A stretch of 43,927 nucleotides of DNA from Flavobacteriales bacterium. Its GTDB lineage: Bacteria; Bacteroidota; Bacteroidia; Flavobacteriales_F; PHOS-HE28. The stretch lies in assembly GCA_019638075.1 (NCBI GenBank), contig JAHBUM010000003.1:1-43927 (forward strand), written 5' to 3'. Both the position numbers and the translations under genes were made by a program. This document shows, one piece after another, positions 19,903 through 28,104 of the stretch. Under the pieces are notes generated by a model that was given only the letters and a program-made list of their open reading frames with translations, did not search any database and had not been told where the DNA came from. Numbering within the stretch: the first letter of the stretch is position 1; every line of letters begins with the position of its first letter.

Positions 19903-20904
19903 TTAGTTCGTCAGCAGCTCCACATCCCGGCCGGGGACCCTCTGCGGCGCAAGGCCTGTTTTGAGGATGATGCGCTGGCCCTTGTGACCGGCCACAAAGG
20001 AAACAAAACCGGTGCCAAGACCTGTTTTCCCCTCCTTCAGCACCGCGTACAGCGTGCGGCGCAAGGGGTATTGCCCATCGGCGAGCGTGGATTGGTTGGG
20101 CGGGATGGCCGGGTGGATGCCGTCGGAGATCCGGCACAGCGTGATGCGGCTGCGCAGCGCGCGGCATGCCGGGTCGTCCAGATCGCTGATGTGGGCGAAG
20201 GCGATGAGGCCGATGGCATCGGGCGTGGCGCTCACCCGGGCGATCAGGCTGTCCAGTCCGGCGGCGGCGGTCACGTTCTTCAGCGCGTCGGCACGGCCAC
20301 CGAGCAGGGAATCCACCACGGTGCGTACCACGCCACCACGCGCGTCGTCCACGATCACACGGGCGCCACCTCCGGTAAGCGCCTTGCGCAGGTCGTCCAC
20401 GCTGAGGCTGTCGGCGCCGCCGGGCGCTCTCACCACCGCGATGGCATCGGTGAGGATGGGCACGTCATCGGGGAAGAGGTTGCGCGAGCGGAAGAAGACC
20501 GCTTCATCGGCGCCCGGCAGGGTGGCGGTGAACACCACGCGCACCTCATCGGTCCGCATGGCTTCGCGCAATTCCATTTCAGGCAGATAGCTCACCCGCA
20601 CCGTGGCTTCCGCGTAGATGCTCTCGAAGATGAAACGCTCTGCTTCGATGATGCGCTCCAGATCGCGGTCGGCCACCACGCGGATGTCGCCCTTCGTGGG
20701 CACGTCGTCGCGCTGAGGGTCGGGAGCCTTGCCCGTGCAGGCGGCGAGTGTGAAGAAGAGAATGCAGAATGCAGTCGGCAGTCGGCAGTCGGCAGTGGGC
20801 AGTGGGCAGCGGGTCCGGCCGATGGGACTGCCAACTGCCCACTGCCCGCTGCCGACTGACAACTGAAAACCGACAACCGACAACTGCACTCCCCCCCTCT
20901 TCAT
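19903..20904 (-). CDS. PstS-like periplasmic substrate-binding lipoprotein with a repeat-derived N-terminal insert
   Basis: LAAC lipobox, DAIAVV, YPLRRTLY and GLGTGFVSFV..GQRIILK motifs; the ATG at 20904 overlaps the upstream stop (ATGA). Confidence 0.85.
   Translation of the reverse strand: MKRGGVQLSVVGFQLSVGSGQWAVGSPIGRTRCPLPTADCRLPTAFCILFFTLAACTGKAPDPQRDDVPTKGDIRVVADRDLERIIEAERFIFESIYAEATVRVSYLPEMELREAMRTDEVRVVFTATLPGADEAVFFRSRNLFPDDVPILTDAIAVVRAPGGADSLSVDDLRKALTGGGARVIVDDARGGVVRTVVDSLLGGRADALKNVTAAAGLDSLIARVSATPDAIGLIAFAHISDLDDPACRALRSRITLCRISDGIHPAIPPNQSTLADGQYPLRRTLYAVLKEGKTGLGTGFVSFVAGHKGQRIILKTGLAPQRVPGRDVELLTN
20760..20888. repeat. Heptamer-unit inverted repeat inside the 5' end of the pstS-like gene
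   Basis: (GAATGCA)2(GTCGGCA)3(GTGGGCA)2, a spacer, then CTGCCAA CTGCCCA CTGCCCG CTGCCGA CTGACAA CTGAAAA CCGACAA CCGACAA CTGCA. Confidence 0.9.
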
Positions 20905-21101
20905 TCCTTCTCCCCCCTTTGAGCCTTGTACCCGCGCCACCACATGAACAGCCGCACAAGCCCGTACCCGAGCAGCAGCCCACCGAAGAGCATGCGGTGC
21001 TCCGTGATCCGGTCCTTCAGCGCGTTGGTGAACAGCAGGGCCGCGCCCAATGCTGTGTAGAGCAGGGACATCGCCAGTCGCGCTATGCTTCCGAAGGGCA
21101 T
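20901..21101 (-). CDS. Small two-TM membrane protein
   Basis: 66 aa with two hydrophobic segments (FGGLLLGYGLVRL); fills the gap between tonB and the pstS-like gene and is coupled to the latter. Confidence 0.75.
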   Translation of the reverse strand: MPFGSIARLAMSLLYTALGAALLFTNALKDRITEHRMLFGGLLLGYGLVRLFMWWRGYKAQRGEKE

Positions 21102-21112
21102 GGGCTGTTGTT

Positions 21113-21143
21113 AAAGAAGAAGAGCGGCCGGTGTGCCGCTCTT
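21113..21143 (-). terminator. Terminator-like stem-loop after tonB
   Basis: AAGAGCGGC - 6 nt - GCCGCTCTT followed by CTTCTTT on the minus strand. Confidence 0.6.
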
Positions 21144-21150
21144 TTGTGGA

Positions 21151-21987
21151 TCATCTCAGGGTGAACCTGATCGGCATGTTGTACTGCACACGCACGGGCT
21201 TTCCGCGCTGCTTGCCGGGTTCCCAATCGGGCATGGACTTCACCACGCGGATGGCTTCCTCGTCGCAGCCGCCGCCGATGCCACGGAGCACCTTGGGTTC
21301 GCGCACCTTGCCCTTCTCGTCCACCACGAAGGTGACGTACACCACGCCCTTGATGCCTGCGTCGATGGCCATGGGCGGATACTTCATGGTCTTCTCCAAG
21401 AACTTGAACAGGGCCGCTTCACCGCCGGGGAACGACGGCATCTCTTCCACGATGGTGAAGATCTGCGGCTCCTCCTCCACGGGCGGAGGTGGCGGTTCAT
21501 CGCCCTTCTCACCTTCCTGCGTGGTGGTGCCCGCAGTGGTCTCCTGTAGCGTTTCCTGCGTGGGCGGCGGTTCTTCCACGGGTTCGTCCTTGGCCACGAG
21601 CTGGGTGAACTGCACGCTCTCGATCTTCACGGGCGGCGGCGGTTCCACGGGCGGGGGCGGAGGCGGTTCCTCCTTCTTCTCCTGCTCGAAGATGTCGAGG
21701 TTCACGTCCACGATCTTCTTCGCTTCCACCACTTCGCCATCGCCGCTCAACGAGGCGATGATCTTGGGCAGGCCCACGGCAAGGCCGAACACGAGCACAC
21801 TGCCCACCACGGCGATCAGCAGCCGTTTGGTGTAGTCGCGGCGCAGCACGAAGGCACCGTAGTCCTGATTACGGTCGGCGAAGACCATCTCGTTGCGCGC
21901 CGCCGTGAGCACGTTGTTCCAGCTCAGGTCCATGGCCATGGCAATGGACAGTACGAGCAGGACTCCTATGAAGATCAGGTATTCCAT
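21151..21987 (-). CDS. tonB: Energy transducer TonB
   Basis: RNQDYGAFVLR N-terminal motif, TM segment, Pro-rich linker, and MPSFPGG / YPPMA / WEPGKQRGKPVRV TonB_C domain. Confidence 0.94.
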   Translation of the reverse strand: MEYLIFIGVLLVLSIAMAMDLSWNNVLTAARNEMVFADRNQDYGAFVLRRDYTKRLLIAVVGSVLVFGLAVGLPKIIASLSGDGEVVEAKKIVDVNLDIFEQEKKEEPPPPPPVEPPPPVKIESVQFTQLVAKDEPVEEPPPTQETLQETTAGTTTQEGEKGDEPPPPPVEEEPQIFTIVEEMPSFPGGEAALFKFLEKTMKYPPMAIDAGIKGVVYVTFVVDEKGKVREPKVLRGIGGGCDEEAIRVVKSMPDWEPGKQRGKPVRVQYNMPIRFTLR

Positions 21988-21990
21988 GGC

Positions 21991-22626
21991 TCAGAGCTTG
22001 GCTTTTTCGGTGTCCAGCAACGCCTGTTCCTCGGGCTTCAGTTCATCCAGCACACCGTACGAGCCGATGCCGCAGATGTCCATCTCGTCCACCATGTCGA
22101 TCATGTTGCGGTACTTGGCATCCGCATCGGTCTTGATGATGGCCTTCAGGTTGTCCTTGTTGCCCTTGATCGTCTTGCGCTTCTCGTTGTACTCCTCTTC
22201 GGTGATCTTCTTCTCGTTGAACTGGCGCACGAGATCGTTCAACTGGGCCACCGTCTGCTTGTTGTTCTCCACCAGCAGCTTCTGCACCTTGCTGAAATCG
22301 GTGTGCTCCAGCGTGGTGGGCGGGCCTTTTTCGGTGGCCTCCGTGCGGAACTCGCCCATGTAGTAGTAGATCTGGTCGTTCTTGGTGAGCAGCAGGGTGA
22401 TGGCGTTGTTCAGCGCCGTTTCGTTCTGCGGATTGTCCTTGTCCGGTACCGGATAGGTCATCTGCAGCGAGCTCGGCTTGTACATGGTGGTGGTGAGGAT
22501 GAAGAAGGTGAGCAGCAGGAAGGCAAGGTCCACCATCGGCGTCATGTCGATGTGGGTGCTGCCCCTCTTCGCGCGCTTCTTCCCTTTTCCTCCGCCGTCA
22601 CCACCGCCTTCGGGTACTTGTGCCAT
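21991..22626 (-). CDS. exbD: Biopolymer transport protein ExbD (second copy)
   Basis: IDMTPMVDLAFLLLTFFILTT motif. Confidence 0.92.
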   Translation of the reverse strand: MAQVPEGGGDGGGKGKKRAKRGSTHIDMTPMVDLAFLLLTFFILTTTMYKPSSLQMTYPVPDKDNPQNETALNNAITLLLTKNDQIYYYMGEFRTEATEKGPPTTLEHTDFSKVQKLLVENNKQTVAQLNDLVRQFNEKKITEEEYNEKRKTIKGNKDNLKAIIKTDADAKYRNMIDMVDEMDICGIGSYGVLDELKPEEQALLDTEKAKL

Positions 22627-22695
22627 GGAGTCTTTCTTTTTTCGGGCCTCCGCAAGGGCTGTACACGCCAGCCCGCCGGAGGTTCGATCGGTTCC

Positions 22696-23325
22696 TTACA
22701 TCCTCGACGATTCGAGGTCGGTGATCATCTTGAACTTGCTGATCTGGATACCCGGTGACTGGAAGGTGCGGATGACCTCGGCCACGCGGCTGTAGTTGGT
22801 GTTGCCGTCGGCCTTGAGGGCCACCACGGGATTGTGGCCGGCATCGTTCCAGAAGATGTTGCGCGTCACGCTGATCCACTCATACAACTGGTTGTTGGTG
22901 CTGTCCACGGGAATGCCCTCGTGGCTGGCCATGTACGCCTTCCGCTCCGAGCCGGTCTCCAAGGAGAGCAGCTCCCGCAGGTTCTGTATGGGCACCCCGA
23001 TGGGGCCTGCGTTCACGAACTTCACCTTCTCCTCGTCGGTGGGGGTGTAGTTCACGCGCTTGCCAAGCTCTTCCAGCACGGCGATGCGCACGCCTTTGTC
23101 GGTGAAATCCCAGAACACCTTGCCCGCCGTGTCCACCACCACGGTGAGCATGTTGGTCATGGGGATGGGCGATTGGGACATGGACGAAGGCGTATCCACC
23201 GCCACCGCTTCTTCGGGCCGGAACTGGGCGGTGAGCATGAAGAAGGTCACCAGCAGGAAGGCAAGGTCCACCATAGGGGTCATGTCCAGTGAAGGACTGC
23301 TCCTCGGCATCTTGATCTTTGACAT
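22696..23325 (-). CDS. exbD: Biopolymer transport protein ExbD (first copy)
   Basis: LDMTPMVDLAFLLVTFFMLT and LKADGNTNY motifs. Confidence 0.92.
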   Translation of the reverse strand: MSKIKMPRSSPSLDMTPMVDLAFLLVTFFMLTAQFRPEEAVAVDTPSSMSQSPIPMTNMLTVVVDTAGKVFWDFTDKGVRIAVLEELGKRVNYTPTDEEKVKFVNAGPIGVPIQNLRELLSLETGSERKAYMASHEGIPVDSTNNQLYEWISVTRNIFWNDAGHNPVVALKADGNTNYSRVAEVIRTFQSPGIQISKFKMITDLESSRM

Positions 23326-23365
23326 CGTGCTTCTTGTTTATGGTTGGAACGTGATCGACGCGCCG

Positions 23366-23405
23366 CCGCAAGTAGGGGCGCGGGATCCCGCGCCCCTACT
23401 TGCGG
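23366..23405. repeat. 40-bp perfect palindrome with a GTAG-type REP-like core
   Basis: CCGCAAGTAGGGGCGCGGGA|TCCCGCGCCCCTACTTGCGG; contains the exbB TAG stop. Confidence 0.85.
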
Positions 23406-24208
23406 TTGGCGAGGGTCTGGCTCACGCTGAACCCGGCCTCGTCGATGCCATGGGTGATGGCGTCGATGCGGTTGCCGAAGTAGTTGAAGAAGATGATGGC
23501 GAGGGTGGAGCCGGTGATACCGAGCGCGGTGTTGATGAGGGCCTCGGAGATACCGGTGGAGAGCTGGGTGGCATCGGGCGTGCCGGAAGTGGCCAGCGCG
23601 CTGAACGCCTTGATCATACCAAGCACGGTACCGATCAGACCCACGAGGGTGCTGATGCTGGCGCAGGTGGAGAGGATCACCATGTTCTTGCTGAGCATGG
23701 GCATCTCAAGCGCAGTGGCCTCCTCCAGCTCCTGCTTCACGCTCTGCAGGCGGGTCTCCTTGTCGTGCGTGGCATCGTACAGCACGGTCTTGTAGCGCTC
23801 CAAGCCGCTGCGCATCACGCTGGCCACGGAACCCTGTTGCTCGTCGCACACGGCCACGGCCTTGTCCACATCATCGTTGGCAAGGTGCTGGCGCACGTTC
23901 ACGATGAACTCGTCGATACGACCCTTGCCCTTGGCACGTGCCAGCGTAACGAAACGCTCCACCGCGAAGATGAGCACCACGAGGTTGATGCTGATGAGGA
24001 TGGGCACGATGAACCCGCCCTTGTAGATGGTACCGTACAGTTTGCCGGGGTTCACATCGATCGGGTGGCCATGCACCGGATCATTGTTCTGGAAGTTCTC
24101 CGGCGCGCCGAGGACATAGCTGTAGAAGGACCAGCTGATGATCAGCACCAAGGGGAACACGATGGCTACGAACAGGGAGTTCGCTTTCCCGCTCTTCACG
24201 TTGCTCAT
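23396..24208 (-). CDS. exbB: MotA/TolQ/ExbB proton channel protein
   Basis: STLVGLIGTVLGMIKAF and GISEALINTALG motifs. Confidence 0.93.
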   Translation of the reverse strand: MSNVKSGKANSLFVAIVFPLVLIISWSFYSYVLGAPENFQNNDPVHGHPIDVNPGKLYGTIYKGGFIVPILISINLVVLIFAVERFVTLARAKGKGRIDEFIVNVRQHLANDDVDKAVAVCDEQQGSVASVMRSGLERYKTVLYDATHDKETRLQSVKQELEEATALEMPMLSKNMVILSTCASISTLVGLIGTVLGMIKAFSALATSGTPDATQLSTGISEALINTALGITGSTLAIIFFNYFGNRIDAITHGIDEAGFSVSQTLANRK

Positions 24209-24281
24209 TGGGGTCGTCTTAAGGTTGAGGATGTAGTTGTTGGCGTAGTCGAGGTGCCGCTCAGGTGCGAGCAGCGGGGGT

Positions 24282-24342
24282 CAAACATAGCACGTATCGC
24301 TTTCGGGCCGGTCATCGGCATGTTATCCGGGTGTTATCCGGG
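24282..24342 (-). promoter_or_regulatory. exbB promoter (-7 TATGTTTG) with an upstream 11-bp tandem direct repeat
   Basis: TATGTTTG on the minus strand at 24282-24289; (TGTTATCCGGG)x2 at 24321-24342. Confidence 0.5.
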
Positions 24343-24512
24343 GCGGAATGGAGAAGCGACATTGATGCTGGCAAGGCTAACGCAACCACTTCTCCCGCTC
24401 GTGTGCGGTGCGATCTGGCACAAGGAACGGGAAGCCTTGGCGAAGGAGCGGTACGTGTTCAGCCTTCCAAGCATGTGGCAAGATCGTTTCCGCTTATTTA
24501 TTTTCCATGGAA

Positions 24513-24520
24513 TATATTTG
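24513..24520 (+). promoter_or_regulatory. -7 promoter element (TATATTTG) for pirin
   Basis: Matches TAnnTTTG, 7 nt before the ATG at 24528. Confidence 0.6.
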
Positions 24521-24527
24521 CATCCTG

Positions 24528-25385
24528 ATGGACCGCAAGACCTTCCTCCGCACCACTGTTCTCGGTGGCACCGCCCTCACCATCGGTGCCGCCGAAGCCA
24601 GCACCGCCCCGGAAAAGGAGGTGGTCGGGTTCAACCATCTACCAACTGAGAACGCACACATCATGAGCAACATGGTACTGCACAAGGCGGCCACCCGTGG
24701 GCACGCCGACCACGGCTGGCTGAACGCCCGCCACACTTTCAGCTTCGCGAACTACTACGACCCGGAGCGCATGCACTTCGGCGTGCTGCGGGTGCTGAAC
24801 GACGATGCCATCGCCGCCGGACGCGGCTTCGGCACGCACCCGCACGACAACATGGAGATCGTGACCATCCCGCTCTCGGGCACCGTGGCGCACAAGGACA
24901 GCATGGGCAACAGCGGCACCATCGGCGCGGGCGAAGTGCAGGTGATGAGCGCCGGCACGGGCATCACGCACAGTGAGTTCAACCACGAGCAGGACAAGGA
25001 ACTGCGGCTGTTGCAGATCTGGATGTTCCCCCGCAAACGCAACGTGACGCCCCGCTACGCGCAGATCAAATTGAACACCGAAGCTGGCGACAACGCCTTC
25101 GAGCAGGTGCTTTCCCCCGACCCGGACGATGCCGGTGTATGGGTGCATCAGGATGCGTGGTTCAACCTCGGCCGTTTCGATGCGGGCAGGAAGGTGGACT
25201 ACCGCGTGAAGCGCAAGGGCAACGGCGTGTATGCCTTCATCATCGAAGGCGAAGCCACCATCAACGGCCAGCAGCTCGCACAGCGCGACGGCCTTGGCGT
25301 GTGGGATGTGGACGAGCTGAACATCGCCACCGGCGCGAACGGCGCGCGCATCCTGCTGATGGATGTGCCGATGGAGCTGGGGTGA
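24528..25385 (+). CDS. Pirin-family protein (YhhW-like) with an N-terminal Tat-like extension
   Basis: RGHADHGWL, HTFSFANYYDP, GFGTHPHDNMEI, HKDSMGN and QVMSAGTGITHSE; alternative start at 24663. Confidence 0.92.
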   Translation: MDRKTFLRTTVLGGTALTIGAAEASTAPEKEVVGFNHLPTENAHIMSNMVLHKAATRGHADHGWLNARHTFSFANYYDPERMHFGVLRVLNDDAIAAGRGFGTHPHDNMEIVTIPLSGTVAHKDSMGNSGTIGAGEVQVMSAGTGITHSEFNHEQDKELRLLQIWMFPRKRNVTPRYAQIKLNTEAGDNAFEQVLSPDPDDAGVWVHQDAWFNLGRFDAGRKVDYRVKRKGNGVYAFIIEGEATINGQQLAQRDGLGVWDVDELNIATGANGARILLMDVPMELG

Positions 25386-25642
25386 GGGGGTAGTGGTCAG
25401 TTGTCGGATGTCTGTTGTCAGTGGCGATACTTGGGATCTGTTCGCATACGGGTCGGGGGAAGAAGTGAAGGAGGTTGGGCAGGGGCAGGCGCAGGGGCAA
25501 TGCTCCTGCCAACTGCTCCTGCCCCTTCACATCATCGGCATCAGCCTTCGCCCCTATTGCGAACAGCCTCTTGGAATGTGAGCGTTGTCCGCCACGCCTT
25601 CCACCAAGGAGCCTGACATCCGACAACTGGCAACTGCCCTCC
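25386..25642. repeat. Nested palindromic element (7-bp-unit outer arms, 6-bp-unit inner hairpin)
   Basis: Outer CAGTTGTCGGATGTC / GACATCCGACAACTG, middle CTGTTCGCA / TGCGAACAG, inner GTGAAGG / CCTTCAC enclosing GGGGCA / TGCTCC hexamer units. Confidence 0.8.
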
Positions 25643-25736
25643 CCCGATCTTCACGGCGATCCGTGCGTAACCAGCACCGCATGCCCGGCGTTGAAGTGCC
25701 CTTGCGTGGGCTTTCTTTGCCCAGCGGCGGCCGTAC

Positions 25737-27140
25737 ATGCTCTTCAACAGCGTTCCCTTCCTTCTTCTCGTCCTACCGACGCTGCTGCTGTACTATGTGC
25801 CGTTCATGCAGCGGTTCCAGTTGCATGTCATCATCGTAAGCAGCTTCATCTTCTACGCCTACAACGACCCGGCGCTGCTGCTGTTGCTGCTGCTGTCCAT
25901 CAGCATCAACATCGTATCCAGCTACGCCATCGCGTATGGCCCGCAGCAGCACCGGAAAGCATACGCCACCTTCGGCGTGGTGGCCAACCTCGCCATCCTG
26001 CTCTTCTTCAAGTACGGCCCGCTCTTCGGCCGCTCGTTCTTCCCAGAAACGAGCAGCATCGGGCAGTTCCTCGTGAGCATTCCGCTGCCGGTGGGCATCA
26101 GCTTCTTCACCTTCCAAGGCATCAGCTTGGTGGTGGAGGCCTACAAGGGGAAAGACCTGCCGGAGTATGAGTCCATCGTGGTGAAGGGCCTTGTGCGGCA
26201 CGGCATCCGCATCGCGGCGTTCAAGGCCTTCTTCCCGCAGCTGGTGGCCGGCCCCGTGGTGAAGGCCCACCAGTTCCTGCCGCAGGTGCGCACCAAGTAT
26301 TGGAAGGACATCGACTGGAACAGCGCGTTCGCATCGCTCGTGGTGGGCTACTTCCTGAAGATGGTGATCGCGGACAACCTGAAGGACCAGACGTTCTGGG
26401 TCACCTTCCCCTACTTCCGCGACATGCACAGCATCACGCTGGTGACGCTGCTGTTCGGCTACTCGTTCCAGATCTTCTCCGATTTCGCTGGCTACTCGCT
26501 CATCGCCATCGGCCTCGCCAAGCTGTTCGGCTACGACTTCCCCATCAACTTCAACTTCCCGTACATCAGCACCACCTTCGCCGAGTTCTGGCGGCGCTGG
26601 CACATCTCATTGAGCACCTTCCTGCGCGATTTCCTGTACATCCCGCTGGGCGGCAACCGCAAGGGCGGCTTCCACACCTACAAGAACCTCATGCTCACCA
26701 TGGTGCTGGGCGGCCTGTGGCACGGCGCGGCGTGGAGCTACGCGGTGTGGGGCTTCTTCCATGGCCTCGTGCTGGCGGTGGAGCGCCTCCTGAAGGACTT
26801 CGGCCTCACCGTGAAGCTGCCGAAAGCCATCCACATGCTCTTCATCTTCTGCATGGTCACGCTGGCGTGGCTGCTCTTCAAGCTGCCCGACTTCAACCAT
26901 GTGATCGAGTACATGCGCTGCATCTTCACCAATACGCACATCACCAACGTGCAGCCCATCATCCTCTTCTTCACGGCGCTGTTCTCCATCCCCCCCATCA
27001 TCTACCACCTGCTGTACCTGTGGACACGCAAGCCGCAGCCCGCGCTGGCCCGCATCAAACCGGTGCTGTACGGCATCATGCTCTTCCTCATCCTCGTGAA
27101 CTCCGGCGGTGGCGCGTCGTTCATCTACTTCCAGTTCTGA
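25737..27140 (+). CDS. MBOAT-family O-acyltransferase (AlgI/DltB/PatA-like)
   Basis: MLFNS, LPVGISFFTFQ, FFPQLVAGP, DFAGYS, FWRRWHISLS, YIPLGGNR, GLWHGA and C-terminal FIYFQF. Confidence 0.95.
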   Translation: MLFNSVPFLLLVLPTLLLYYVPFMQRFQLHVIIVSSFIFYAYNDPALLLLLLLSISINIVSSYAIAYGPQQHRKAYATFGVVANLAILLFFKYGPLFGRSFFPETSSIGQFLVSIPLPVGISFFTFQGISLVVEAYKGKDLPEYESIVVKGLVRHGIRIAAFKAFFPQLVAGPVVKAHQFLPQVRTKYWKDIDWNSAFASLVVGYFLKMVIADNLKDQTFWVTFPYFRDMHSITLVTLLFGYSFQIFSDFAGYSLIAIGLAKLFGYDFPINFNFPYISTTFAEFWRRWHISLSTFLRDFLYIPLGGNRKGGFHTYKNLMLTMVLGGLWHGAAWSYAVWGFFHGLVLAVERLLKDFGLTVKLPKAIHMLFIFCMVTLAWLLFKLPDFNHVIEYMRCIFTNTHITNVQPIILFFTALFSIPPIIYHLLYLWTRKPQPALARIKPVLYGIMLFLILVNSGGGASFIYFQF

Positions 27141-27147
27141 TCCGCGC

Positions 27148-27984
27148 ATGATCCGCCGCTCGCTCCTCGTCTTCGCGGTCCTCGTGATCGGCTATGCGCT
27201 GTACATCAGGTTCGGCAAGCCCGAACTGAGCACCGTGCAGCATCAGGCCAGCGGCAACCGCATCAGCGCGGAGCAGTACATCTTCGCTCCCGACGTGCCC
27301 GATGCCACGGTGATCGTGGGCTCGTCGCTCTCGTTCCGCATCGCGCTGGACAGCCTGCCGCCGCACACCAGCAACCTCGGCTTCGGCGGCCTTACGGTGT
27401 ACGATGGCCTTGAGCTGGTGCGCCGCTCCGGCAAGAAGCCCAAGCGCGTGGTGGTGGAAACGAACATGATCTTCAAGGAGGCCGACCGCGCGTTCCTCGA
27501 TGCGGTGTTCCAGCCGGGCCTGTTCGAGCTGCGCAAGGCCGTACCCATGCTGCGCGAAGAGAACCAGCCCAGCGGCGTGCTGGTGGGCTACGTGAAACGC
27601 AGCATGAAGGAAGGCGCTGCGGTGGACGCGCAGGCCGACAGCATGGCCGTGAGCGAGAACCTGTTGAACACGAACCGGGGCATCTTCGCGAAGGTGCCTG
27701 CGGACAGCACGCAGCAGCGCTACCTATCCACCTTGGAGCGCGAGGTGAAGGCCCTCGAAGCCAACGGCGCCGAAGTGATCTTCTTGGAAGTGCCCATCAG
27801 CGAGGAATTGATGGCGAGCCCGCTGGCCCGGCGCACGCGCGAGGTCATCATGCAGCACTTCCCCGGCCACACCTTCCTGCGCAGCGACCGCACGTGGCGC
27901 ACCACGGACGGGCTACACCTGCAATGGCACAACGCGCAGCGGTACAGCCGGTGGCTGGGGAGTGAGTTGCGGGGGCTGAGGTGA
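27148..27984 (+). CDS. Membrane-anchored SGNH/DltD-like partner of the MBOAT
   Basis: N-terminal TM segment, IVGSS block I, NLGFGG block II and C-terminal DGLHL (DxxH). Confidence 0.75.
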   Translation: MIRRSLLVFAVLVIGYALYIRFGKPELSTVQHQASGNRISAEQYIFAPDVPDATVIVGSSLSFRIALDSLPPHTSNLGFGGLTVYDGLELVRRSGKKPKRVVVETNMIFKEADRAFLDAVFQPGLFELRKAVPMLREENQPSGVLVGYVKRSMKEGAAVDAQADSMAVSENLLNTNRGIFAKVPADSTQQRYLSTLEREVKALEANGAEVIFLEVPISEELMASPLARRTREVIMQHFPGHTFLRSDRTWRTTDGLHLQWHNAQRYSRWLGSELRGLR

Positions 27985-28104
27985 GCGGCAAGCATCCGGA
28001 TTCTGACACGGCCCACCTCCCTGTTCGGGAATGGGGACAGGAACGTTCGAGAAGCATATGAAGGAGCGGTAGCCGCCGCGCAGTCGGCACCGTACCTTCG
28101 TCGC

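Noticed and set aside
20760-20888. Possible CRISPR array
   Set aside because: Units are 7 bp, tandem and without unique spacers; no cas genes are in the window.
19903-20943. Upstream GTG start at 20943 for the pstS-like gene
   Set aside because: It lies inside the small membrane gene; the ATGA-coupled ATG at 20904 is more plausible.
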